From Chiloscyllium plagiosum (taxonomy: Eukaryota), in the NCBI RefSeq assembly GCF_004010195.1, contig NC_057718.1, positions 3,098,273 through 3,162,272 of the forward strand: a stretch of DNA of 64,000 nucleotides. The letters are read 5' to 3'. A model generated the notes under the pieces. The model did no database searches and had not been told where the DNA came from. It was given only the letters and a program-made list of their open reading frames with translations. This document shows positions 38,337 through 50,819 of this stretch, one piece after another (position 1 is the stretch's first letter; each line of letters opens with the position of its first letter). The position numbers and the translations under genes are program-made.

Positions 38337-39439
38337 CTTTAAAGAAAAAAGATAACAATAAGTTTATTTACACAAGACTAGATTGTCAATGCTGCTGAAC
38401 TGAAAGGACCTAAAGGGGTGGTAGGAGTTTTGAAATAAACAGAAAGAACAGGTTATTACACTAAACCATTAAGCTGCATCTGTGACTGATTCAGATCAAA
38501 GAAAGTGCATTGATAGAAATAGAAATAATTAAATAAACAGCGCATAAAATAATACTTAACTATTGTCAGAATCTCATCGACAGTTTGGTCACATCAATTT
38601 CTTCTGCAGCACAATCAAAACCCACATTCACTTCCATCTAGAAGTGAAAGGGCAGCAAGATACATGGGAACACCAGCCCCTGCAAGTTTCCCTCCAAGCC
38701 ACTCCCAATCCTGACTTGGAAACATATTGCTGTTCCTTCAGTGTCACTGGATCAAAACCCTGGAATTCACTCCCTAAATTCATTATGGGAGTCCCTACAG
38801 CGCATGAACTGCAGTGGTTCAAGGAGGCAGCTAATCCCCAGCAACATTAATAAAAATAATAATAATAATAATAGTGATGATGGCATTGGCAGAACATTTA
38901 GAAATGTAAAATATGATCCAGCAGAGTCAGGATGGCATCATGAAGGATAAATAATGGAGGACAAATTTGGTGGAATTCTTTGATGAGGTAAGAATCAGGA
39001 TAGATAAAGGGGTGCAAGAGATTTAAGATATTTAAATTTGCAAAAAAAAGTTTTGATAAGGTACCACACATTCATAGAATAGAATAGAGTAGTTTTTATT
39101 GTCATATACACTCAAATGAGTGCAGTGACAAGTTTGTAATATCACCTCTCGGCACCATCTTAGGTGCTCATTTCCCAGGTACAGATACTTTTAGTGTTAT
39201 CACAGTGTAAAATCAATGTAGGTTAGCATGGGAAGAGAGTTTAAGAAGTACAAAATGATAATAATTAAGTGACTGTGAAGTACTTGCATTCTGCTCCTTG
39301 TCCAACATGAGTCCATGCCCGACAGCTTCAGAACACAAGGCCATGCTGCCTCCACACACTGGCCTCCATCCAGGACTCACTTTGCTGCCAGTCCGGCTCC
39401 GGCCCCTGTCTTACTCTGCTGCCATCTTGGACAAATGGC

Positions 39440-40500
39440 TATAACGCTATTTAATAAGATGAGACTCCTTGGCATGAATTGAGGATTGGCTAACTAAACA
39501 ATGAAAGTGATTGGGATAAATGGGGGCATTTTCAAGGTAATAACATGCAATTTGTGAAATGTCACAGGCATCCGTGCTGGCCCACAATTATTGACAGTTA
39601 ATATTAATGACTAGATGAGGAAAGTGAACCTACTGCAGCAAAGTTTATGGATAGCACAAAAATAAATGGGAAGGCAAGTAGTGAGAATAACACAAAGAGT
39701 CTGCACTGGGCCAGGACAGTGGTTGCTCTTGAGAGTAGGACAGTGGATGGTGTCGACATAGACATAACTAAAGCATTTGACAACCCCTCTCATGGTAGGC
39801 TGGTCCAAACGATAAAGTCATATTGGATCCAGGGTCAGTTGGGCAGTTGAATACAAAATTGGCTTAGTCACAGAAGACAGAGGGGAGCTGTGGAGGGGTG
39901 TTTTCCCTGACAGAAGGTCTGTGATCAGTAGCATACTGCAAGGGTCAGGGCTGGGACATCCTTTGTTTTAATATATATAAATGATATAAAAATATAGGTG
40001 GGCTGATTGGTAAATTTACAGATGACACAACAATGGGTGGAGTTGTAGATAGTGAGGAAGGTTGTCAAAGGATGCAGCAGAATATAGGTCAGTTGGAAAT
40101 TTCAGCAGAGAAATGGCAGGTAGAGTTTAATCTGGAAAGTATGAAGTAATGTATTTTTGGAGGTCAAATACAACAGGTAAGAATAAAGAAAATGGTAGGA
40201 GCATTGTTATACAGAGCAATTTTGTGGTACAAGTCCATAGCTCGCTGAAAGTGGCAACATCAGTGGTTAAGGGAGTAAAGAAGTTGTATGGCATGTTTGT
40301 TTCATTGATTGGGGAATTGAGAAGAAGCATTTGCAAGTCATGTTGCTGCTGTGAAAAATTTTTGTTTCACAACATTTGGAATATTGAATGCAGTCTGGTT
40401 TTCACACCGCAGGAAAGATTGGAGGCTTTGGGGAGAGATTTACCAGTGTGTTGCCTGGATTGAAGTGTGTCAGCAATAAGGAGAGGTTGGAAAATGTCAG
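39440..40500 (+). mobile_element. CR1 RT fragments
   Basis: Degenerate KAFD, FADD-like and KWQ motifs. Confidence 0.65.
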
Positions 40501-40684
40501 AAACAAAATCAGAAGTTGCTAGGAAAGCTCAATTGGTCTGACAGCATCTGGGAAGAGGAACATTTTGGGTCCGGTGACCCTTCCTCAGACCTGACGGTAA
40601 CTCGGAAAATGTGGGTTTTATGCACTAGGTAGGGTGGGGGGAATGAGGTAAGGATCAAATGATAGGTGGGGATAGAGCCCAAAC

Positions 40685-40803
40685 ACTGCCTCAGTGCCAG
40701 TGAACATCAGTGGCATTCCTCATGGAGCACTGTAACCAGGCAGGGTGACCCTTGGTGATATGTTCCAGGAACAGAGACTGGAGAATGACTGGGGGATTTG
40801 CAC
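40685..40803 (-). pseudogene. psiV-B, 5' fragment in V2 position
   Basis: ANPPVILQSLFLEHITKGHPAWLQCSMRNATDVHWH-stop; acceptor AG mutated to AT; truncated by repeat; upstream flank (40860-41160) matches V2 upstream intron. Confidence 0.85.
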
Positions 40804-41189
40804 ATTTAGGGGAGAAATAACAAGAATTTTAGAATCAATGTGCTGCCAGTTGTTCAAACAGACAGTTCAGGTGGAATGAGTACAGTATTAAATCGGGAAC
40901 TGGTCTAAAATTGAACCAGTGCAGTTGGTGCAGATCAACAAAGTTTGTTTGAGTAATTCAAAAAGTGATACATTTTCATGTTAAATAACTATTAGTTCAC
41001 ATTACTATGAGTACTAATGCTAGAATATAACGAAGAGGAACAACAGGGTCCACATATAGAGTGACATTTCCTGAAATAAAACAGCTCCTGATTACAGCTC
41101 CTTGCCTCAGGCTCTCCCCACTTCGTGTCTCCAGTATATGTTCCATGCTCCTCAATGTCCCATTCCCTTCACCCTGATCCCAGCCCATT

Positions 41190-42784
41190 TGGTGGGATAA
41201 TGAGGCAATATGGTTTAAGCTCAAAAGTAAGGTGGGTGCAATTATTCTGATAAGATTATACCACGGCCCCATCCTACAGTCATGGAGACATTAAGAGGCA
41301 AATATGCAGGCAGATTATGGAAAGATGCAATAAAAACAGAATTGTCATAGTGAGTGACTTTAACTTCCCCAATATTGACTGGGACTCCCTCAGAGCAAAA
41401 GGCTTAGACAGGGCAGTGTGTTAAGTGCATCTAAGATGGTTTCTTGAAACAGTAAGTGGATAGTCCAACTAGAGGAGTGGCCATACTGGACCTTGTATTG
41501 GCTAATGAGCCTGGCCAGGTGACTGACCCTTCAGTGGGAGAGCATTTTGGAAACAGTGATCACAACACTTTAAATTTTAAGATAGCTATAAACAAAGATA
41601 AGTCAGGACCTTGCGGGAAGCTACTAAATTGGGAAAAGGCAAATTACGTCAGAATTAGGTAGGAGCCAGGGAGTGTTAATTGGGAGGAGCTGTTATGTGG
41701 CAAGGCCATGTTTGTCATGTGGAAATTGTTTAAAGAACTGCTGCTGAGAGTTCAGGACTGGCATGTTCCAGTAAGGAGGAAGGACAAGGGTGGTGAGGTA
41801 AGGGATAACAAGGGAGGTTCGGAATTGAATCAAAAGAAAAAAAGAAGCATATAAAGGTTTAGGAAGCTAAAAATGGACAGACCCATGACAAATAGAAGGA
41901 AAGCAGGAAATTAATCAAACAGGAATTAGGAGAGCAAGGAGGGGCCTTGAAATGACTTTGGCAAATAGTGTTAAAGAGAATCAAAAGGTTTTCCATAGAT
42001 ACATTAAAAACAAGAGGATAACTAGGGAGAAGGTAGAACCGCTGAAGGTTAAAGAAGGGAACTTGCGCTTGGGAGTAGAGGATGTGGATGAGATCCTGAA
42101 TGAATACTTTGCATCCGTATTCACCCAGGAGAAGGATATGGAGGATAGAGAGATTTATGTGAAGCATTCTAATATGTTCAGGAATTTTGGCACCAAGAAA
42201 GAAGTGGTTTTGGATCTCTTGAAGAGCATTAAGATGGATAAGTCTTCAGGGCCTAATGGTATCTCCCCCAGGCTCTTGAGAGAGGTAAGACAGGAGATTA
42301 CTGGGCAGTGACCGAGATATTTAAATCCTCGCTAGCCACTGGAGTGGTCCCACAGGACTGACATGTAGCTAATATTGTTCATCTTTTCAAGAAGTGAAAC
42401 AAATAACTCAGGAAAGTATAGATTAGTGAGTCTCACACCGGTGGTTGGGATGTGATTGGAGAGGATTCTTTGGGATAGGAATTATGCATATTTTGAAAGC
42501 ATGTCAGCATGGCTTTATGCAGGCAGGCCTTGTGTTACTAAGTGACTGAATGTTTTAGAAGGTGATCGATGAGGGTAGAGCAGTGGCTATTGTTTATTTG
42601 GATTAGTAAGGATTTTGCCAAGGTCCCTCATGGTAGGCTCCTCGTGAAAAGTAAGGTGCAAGCGAGCCATGATGACTTGGCTGTGTGCATTCAGAACTGG
42701 CTTACCCATAGCAGGCAGAGGGTAGTGGTGAAAGGGTGCTTTTCTGGCTGGAGATCTGTGATTAATGAAGTTCCGCAGGAATCC

Positions 42785-42823
<39 letters not shown>

Positions 42824-43730
42824 ACTTGGAAGAAAATACAGATGGGTGGTTTAGTAAATTTTCAGGTGACACAAAGATTGGTGGAGTTGTGGGCAATGTA
42901 GAAGGTTGTCAAAGGATAGAGTGGGAGGGAGATCAGTTTCAGATATAGATAGAGAAATGGCAGATGGAGTTTAATCTGGCTAAGTGTGAGGTGCTGCACT
43001 TTGAGAGTTCAAATGTTAAGGAAAAGAATACAATTAATGGGATGACAGAATGGGATTAATGTACAGAAGGATCTTGGGGTTCAAGTCCAAAGCTCTTTGA
43101 AAGTGACCACACTAGTAGCTTGTCTTTATTGGTCAGGGAATTGAGTACAAGAGTCAGGATGTCACTTTGCAGCTTTATAAGACTGTGGTGCAATCACACA
43201 TAGAGTCCTCCATTAAATTCTGGTTGCCATATTACAGGAAGGATGTGGAGACTTTGGAGAGGATGCAGAAGAGGTTTACATGATGCTGCCTGGATTACAG
43301 GGGAAAAGCTTTCAGGAGAGGCTAGAAAAACTTAGATTGGTTTCACTTGAGTGGTGAAGGCTGAGGGGAGACTTAATAAAAGTCTATAAAATTATGAGTT
43401 GCATAGATAGGGTTGACAGACAGAATATTTTTCCCAAATTGAAACATGTAATACTAGAGGGCTTGCAGCTCAGGTGAGAAGGAGAAAGTTAAAAGGAGAT
43501 GTAAGAGGATTTTTTTTAACGTAGATAGTTGTAGGAGTCTGGAACCCACTACCAGAGATGGTAGTTGAGGCAGATGAAATAAGACATTTAAGGGACTTTA
43601 GATAAACACATGAATGCACAAGGTATGGATAGATATAAATGAAGGGCAGGCAGAAGGAAGTAGTTTCATTTGGCACAACATCATGGGCCGAAGGGTCCAT
43701 TCCTGTGTTGTACTGTTCAATGTACTATGT
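41190..43730 (+). mobile_element. Long degenerate CR1 ORF2
   Basis: DSPTRGVAILDLVL, LNEYFASVFT, 3' tail; splits the V2-intron homology block. Confidence 0.85.
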
Positions 43731-45914
43731 TTGATGATCTCTGGTGACCCATTTATTGTTCAGATAAGGCAGCATCTTCTGGGAAGCTCTCTCATTCCCT
43801 GCTTATCCTGCTCACTGCTTTCCTCACAATGGTCACCTTTCCCTGAGCCTGATTCCTCACAACCCTCCCACTATCATGTACACAGTGCCCCTGCATATTC
43901 ACTGGGACTGGGAATCTCCTAATTACTCACTGACTCTGTGTTTCCCTGTATCCAGGAGCTCCTCAGAGAGCCAGAACTCAGCTTGTTAGACCCACCAGCT
44001 CCCAAATCTCCTGTCAAACCCTATCTCACCAACCCCCTCTAGCCCAGGATACATTGGCTCTCATCTCAGAATGATGGACAGAACAGATCTCCCAGTTCAT
44101 CTGATCTTGGGCCTGGACAAGGCAGCCATTGACAGGTGCAGGAAGTGGCTAGTGGAGGTTATCCAAACTGTGCCTATTGTGTGGTTATGGCCATCCCTTG
44201 GTGTCCTGGGACATAGAGAATGCATGTCCATTGCTTTCCGTGTGAGCTGCTATATCTGGAGAATACTATAAGGGTTGGACAGTGTCATCAGCTCCAGCAA
44301 TGGGATCTGACTGTCACTTCAAGAAGCATCGTTATGTTCTCAGTTGATGTTAGTATTGTACAAATTCAAACCCAGACTGAAACCTGGATAGGGTTTAATT
44401 TTGCATAAAATGTGCTGGTCTATCAGTGAGAAACAAACACACAATGCTGCACATTTGGTTTCAACAATAAAACGGATAATCTCAGTTTCAAATAAACCAT
44501 CTAAGAGTCTAAAGAATCAGTTTGGGTTTGGAATTATTAAAATTAAACTGCTTATACTGAGGTCCCCTATTTCTTAACAGTCCAAAACTATCACCTTTCA
44601 TCAAGGGAAATTGCTTTATACATCTAACTCCCAACAGGACCCTGTGAATTGAAACAATAAGACATTCCAACCAATACCTCTTTCTTCCAAACAAAAAAAA
44701 CCTAATTCCATCTATCAGAATGATTTCAACATTGTCAGCTTTACCTTGTCAGCTCATAAAATGTCTTTGAATGGAAACACATTCCCATTCGCACTCCAAG
44801 AACGGTCAGATTAGGATATCTGGTCTGGGTGGACCAAAGGGTCTGTTTCCATGGTGAATGACTCAATGACTCTGGGACTCTCAAACTCCAGAAATATTCC
44901 CATTTTAACCTTTAAATCCCCTCACACACACACACAGACCAAAACTGACATGTCACTCATTCAAAATCCAAATTCCAAAAAAAATGATATTAAAAGCATA
45001 CAGAAACCACAGACTCACATCACAGTGTTTAGAGTGAAATGAGGGAAGTGCTGTAGTAATCAAGCCCCAATTAACGACAAGTCATACTAAATGTGTTACT
45101 GAATCAACAATACAACCAATTTGTCACTGTTCTTTTGTCTGATTTAAAGTTAAAAAAAAAGTTCATTAAAGACGTGAAAAATATCTTATTTATTATCAGC
45201 AAGAGAGACTCTTCAAACAAGTAGAAATTGTGGTGTGCAAGTACATTTCTATTTGAGATTAAATCTTTAATCTCAAACAGACATTTATTCACAGACAAGG
45301 CAACACAGCTCTGCAGAAATAATTTGAGATATGGTTAAAAAAAATACCTGAAAGAAAGACCATCCCAGGAAAGGGGCAAGGAAATCCTATCCGAAGGTAG
45401 AATGTGTTAAATTCTCAATGTTCCTGCAATTTCTTGTCAATGAGGCTGATTCCAGAAAGTGAAACATTGATGGGAGATCTTCTGACCATAATTCAGATTC
45501 CAATGGATAATTGTTACAAATCCTGACATTAGAAACTTTATCTTTGCAAATACTTCATGAAGAGATTCCCCTGCAGATGTTGGACCTCACAGAGCAATCC
45601 CCTTGACTCTACTCACCCAGCCCAATGGTACTGACACTCTTGTGATCCAAATGAAATTAATATCACTTATTCTCCAGGAAAAAGCTCCACATTTCCCACA
45701 AAATTCTTCTCCCATTGTCACAAAAGTAAATCCCCTTTCTCCCACCCCCAGCACCAACATTGAACTTGAGCTCAGCTGTCCTTCCCACAGTGAATCCATC
45801 CCTAAGAACACTCTCTATCACCACCTCAATCTTCTTGATCACAAACTGTTCTCCAATTCATTCACTGGGCATAAGGTTATTGCTGGAGATGACTGTGGTG
45901 TAAACTCCACTCAC

Positions 45915-46258
45915 TGTTCACAGTGAGCTGGCTTCTGTCACTAAGGATACTTCCCCAAACTGAGCAGTAATATACCCCAGTGTCACTGGCTGCATGTTTG
46001 TGATGGTCAGAATGAAGCTGTCATTGGAAGGGTCACTGGAAGGGTGGAATCACTCAGTGAATCCTTGGTCCTATATTGCTTGATTCAAAACATAACGTTC
46101 CAAAATCCACTCCCTCGGACACCCTCATTACTTGCAGTAACAGTAAACATCGGTGTGTGTCACAGCAGCGTTCATCACGGTGCACTGTAACTGGGCAGTG
46201 TGACCCTCTGTGACACATTCCAGGATCAGTGACTGGAGAAGGACTGGGGCAGATGTAC
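45915..46258 (-). pseudogene. psiV-A, positional paralog of V1
   Basis: ttttgaag|GTACATCTGCCCCAGTCCTT..; W to C change, stops TAA/TGA/TAG/TGA, 1-nt deletion (344 vs 345 nt); YYCSVWGSI retained; A|GTGAGT donor. Confidence 0.9.
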
Positions 46259-46729
46259 CTTCAAAATAAAAAAAAACTAATAAATGAACAGCAGTCTGAT
46301 TGTTCTCATTTCCCACCAGGATTTAAAGGGACCAATCCAAAAGTCTAAGTCCTACATTAAAGAGAGGGAACAGGTTGTCAGACTGAACCAGTTGAGATGG
46401 TTTGTTCCTGATTGATATCCTGACTATCAGTCACTGTGTGCTGGGAACAGCAATACAGATGTTGCTATAACAGTGACATGTTGAATTCACACTGTCGAAC
46501 CGCTGTGTGACACAAGCTAATTCACCACACACTGCAAACCTCTTCCCTGGACTATTCATAGTGGGAGAGGCTTCCTGACAATCCACAGCAGATGTGAGGA
46601 TTGGAACTGGGAAGGGTCTGCTGCATTAGAAAAGGCAGCCAGGCAGCATTTAAAGGGGCAGGATTTCCCCAAAGATCAACAGAGATACAGCCTCTCCAGC
46701 CTCAGCAAACTGAGAGAACATAAAAACTG

Positions 46730-47120
46730 ATAGTTGATCATGTCGTTTCGTGGCTAGTTGGTGTTCATGGATGCGGATCCTTAGTAGCCACACACTCAGA
46801 TGACAAGCAACATGAGTTCGACTGGTACAACACTACTATTATAGGACAAGCCAAACAGAGAACAGCCAGGGAATTCCTAGAGGCATGGTACTCATCCACA
46901 GATTCAGTCAATAAGCACATCGACCTGGACCCAATATACCCGCCACTGCAGCGGACAGCTGGAATTGACAACCAGAAGCGGCAGATACAAACCACTATAA
47001 ATGCCAGAGGAAAGATCACAGAAGCGCTTCACAGGTGGCTCCCAAGCACTGAGGATGTCACCTAGACAGGGGACGAAATGTCTGCAAAACAAATTCCCCG
47101 CTCGGCGAACAGAACCACAA
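46730..47120 (+). mobile_element. Penelope-like element 3' fragment
   Basis: REFLEAW..INKHIDLDP motif as in 62729-63406; hammerhead core ctgagga..gaaa at ~47048-47078. Confidence 0.7.
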
Positions 47121-48557
47121 CAATAATTGAGTGTTTTTCTGAATGGCAGCTAGTGGCTTACTGCAGGGATCAGTGCTTGCAATCCAGCTATTGACAATAT
47201 ACATTCATGATTTCATGAGGGAACTGAATGTAATGACTACAGATTTTCAAATGACAGAAAGCTGGGTGAGAGGGTGAGCTGTGAGGAGGATGCAGAGATA
47301 CTGCAGTGTGAGTTGTACAGGCTGAGTGAATGGGCATATGCATGGCAGAGACAGGATAATGTGGGTAAATCTGAGGTTATACCCTTTGATACAAAAACAG
47401 GATGGCAGATTATCATCAGAATGGTGATAGAAAGGGGAAATAGGGATGTGCAATGAGACCTGGGTGTCCTTGTACATCAGTCACTGAAAGAAAGTGTGTG
47501 AGTGCAACAGGCAGTGAAGAAGACAAATGGGATGTTGGCCTCAAAGAGTGAAGTACAGTACATCACTGGAAAGGGCCTATACCAACACACTTCTAAAACA
47601 ACATCCATTTGCCTTTACACAGACTGATAAGTAAATATAATGATTTCAGGCTTATTTTAGTTTCTCATTATTTCTTTAATATAATAACTTTCACCCTTCC
47701 TCAAAGCTGATTTATCTGAATGTCAATGTCCAACAGTATCTGCTTTACTGCAGATTAATGATTCAGATTGTTCTCCTTGTCGTGTCACACACAACTGGAG
47801 ATGAATTTGGAGAGGAAGGAGAAGGAGAAGGATCCACTTGTCAATGTCTATGTTGGGACCAATGACACTGGGAGCACAAGAAAGGAGGTCACACTGAAAG
47901 ACTTTGACCAATTGGGAGCTAAATGATAAAGCAGAATCTCCAAGGTGAGAATCTCTGGATTACTGCCTGAGCCACAGCAAACTGGCACGGGGTAAATACA
48001 GTCAAACAGTTCAATACATGGCTCAGAGTTCAGTCTGAGTGGAATGGGTTTCAGTTTGTGTGGCACTGGCACCTGTACTGGGGTAAAAGGGAGCTGTTCT
48101 TCTGTGGCAGGCTTCACTTGAACTCTGCTGGAGTCAGTGTCCTGGTGAATCGAATAACGAGGGCTGTAGAGAGGGTTTTTAACTAATTAGAAGGGAGCAG
48201 GATTCAGGAGAAAGGAGCTGAGGGCTGACAAAACAAGGGGAGACAGCAGCTACATTACCCAGAGTGGGACAAGAACAGACAGAGGATACAAACAGAGAAA
48301 AACAGCAGTGAATAGGGTCACCAGGAGAAATAATGTTAAAAAGGTTAAGTTAATGACTGTTGACTTTTCTGCACATGGTATTCAGAACAAATAACTGAAA
48401 TAATGGCCCAATTTCAGGTGATTGTAGAATTGTGAAGAAGAGTCAGATCAATCATGAAATGGTCACTCTGTTTCTCTCTCTGCAGATACTGCCAGACTTA
48501 CTGAGTTTCTCCAGCATTCTCTGTGTTTGGTTTAGAATTCCATCATCTGCAGTATTT

Positions 48558-48770
48558 TGATCATCTCAACAGAGTGAAACCCCGTTTCTCCACACAGTTT
48601 ATTGTACATTCAGTTAAAACAGCGAAACAGCAATGCCCCAGCCAACTACAAGTTCTTTCATGTCTCATTTCTCAGACGTTCAAGAAGTTAAAGTGTCAGT
48701 GAAGGGGAAGCAGTGACAATAAACCAACGGCTGCTCCCTTCTGAGGGAGGATATTACTGGCTGGAGTTTC
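48558..48770 (-). pseudogene. Promoter and truncated leader (ATG ATC A) of the inverted paralog
   Basis: Reverse complement reads ctgttgagATGATCA like 12390-12404, ATG at 48564; homology stops at an inserted repeat; rest of leader not found. Confidence 0.75.
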
Positions 48771-50424
48771 TAAATGTGGCTCAGAGAGGTTTATTTCCGG
48801 AGTGATGGCAATTATCATCCTCACAATCAGTCACTGAAACTTCAAGAATTCACACATTTGCTGCAACCTTGTGAATGGTCAAAACCCCATATTAAAAAAC
48901 ACTCGGCCCAAACCCCTCCACTTTATAACAACTGCCATTTAGGTAACAGTGTGTACTCAGTAAAATGATGGCAAAAATGAGGAAATGAACAGATTTTATC
49001 ACCAATCAAGAAATGCGATCTCAAGGCAATAAACCAAAACATATGATTAATAATCTGAAATTGCTGGAGAAACTCAGCAGGTCTGGCAGTGTGTGTGTGG
49101 AGAGAAACGAAGTTAGTATTTTCAGTCCAGTGTGACTCTGTCTCAGAAACTTGATCAAATGGTTCGGTCTGAAGCAGATTCAGAAAGGGAAAGAGACAAT
49201 GGAGACATGGGATGGGTTAATCTAGAGAATCCCTGAAAATTGATGCAGGGATCATAAAATGTGATTAACCCACGGCCAGTCATTGTGGTCTCAGCTGGAG
49301 ATCACCAAGCAGAACACAGGATTAGTTAAATACGGAGCCAGAAATTACTTCTCAGCAACCTGTTGGGGTGTGCTGTACCACAGGGTGGGACTTGATCCCT
49401 GACCTTGTGGTCTACAGTTAGGGATACTGCCAGCGTGCCACAGCCCCCTGACCCTGACATTGGTTACATGTCTCAAGGGCAGCAGCTTCTCTCAAACAAA
49501 TGGCTCAAACCATTTGTTATTTCTGTTGCTGTTCATTCCAAGGCAGTTGTTGATAACACAAATACACAGTGGGTTAGGGTGATGTGGGAGGTGAAAACTT
49601 TGTCACCTCAAATGTGCACAAGCAGCCAGCAGCTTCTGGTATGACTTTTCAATTAATTAGCTCAAGAACACAGACACATAGTTTGATGGTCAGATAATTA
49701 GAGTTTTATTTAATTAAATGGTTATATCAGTGAAATCAAGCACAATTTAAAATATCTGCTCTGCTGAACTCACTCTGTCAGTGATGATTGACAAAGATAT
49801 AACCAAGAAGTAAACACACCCAGACCACAGGCAACAACTGTTATTCTCTGTTAAAAATCACACAACACCAGGCTATAGTCCAACAGGTTTAATTGGAAGC
49901 ACACTAGCTTTCGGAGAGACGCTCCTTCATCAGGTGATTGTTATCAGGTTGTTCTCTGTTGTTTACAATGTCATTTGCCAGTCTCTGCAACATTTGAAAG
50001 CCATATTAGGTCAGAATGTAGAAGCGATGTGTAGATTGGCTCAAACTTGATTAAACAACAACAATTTGCAGTTTTATAGTGCCTTTAACATAGGAAAACT
50101 TTCCAGGATTTCTCACATCATGTCACATGGGGAGATATTAGTCTGGGTGACATTCCACAATGGCAGCTGAGATGAGGAGTGGCTGATGAATTTGTGGAAC
50201 TCAATACACAGAGGGCTGCAGTGGCTGAGTCATTGAGTGTATTTAGGACTGAGATAGATAGATTCTGGATCAGTAAGGGGGTCAAAGATTATTGGGAGTG
50301 GCCAGGAAAATGATGTTGAGAACCATCTGTGCCATGATGGCAAACCAGACTCGATGGGTCAAATGGCCTAATTCTGCTCCAATATCTCATGATCTTATAG
50401 ATTATACTTAAGGACAGTAATTGA

Positions 50425-50745
50425 ATGGGTATAACCCCACACATTGCAGGTATAGACAGCAATATCACTGGGCTGTACGTTTGTAATGGGCAGAATGAAA
50501 CTGTTCTAGGAGGGCTCTCTGGAAGGTTGATATGAAGCAGGAAAACTGGAGGAGCTTCCTGATGAATTATTTCTGGAATGAGCTATCATCTTGCCCTTCC
50601 TTTTCGGGGGGAGCTGTTGTTACCAATGAATGATCATTTCTTGCAGCTTGGTATTCTTCATGGTGCCCTATCATTCTCACTGTCTGACCCTCTCTGACAC
50701 TCTGAACTGTTGGAAACTGAACTAGCACTGGATTAAACATGGCAC
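50425..50745 (-). pseudogene. psiV-D, divergent V exon upstream of the inverted leader
   Basis: ttttccatttccag|; NPVLVQFPTVQSVREGQTVRM..(frameshift)..MIIHW*QQLP..SREPS*NSFILPITNVQPSDIAVYTCNVWGY; 3' end lost to a repeat. Confidence 0.85.
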
Positions 50746-50819
50746 CTGGAAATGGAAAATAAAGCTCACTTTAAAAACACTAAGGTCAGGCAGTAATCTG
50801 CATCTGACAACAAAATCTG

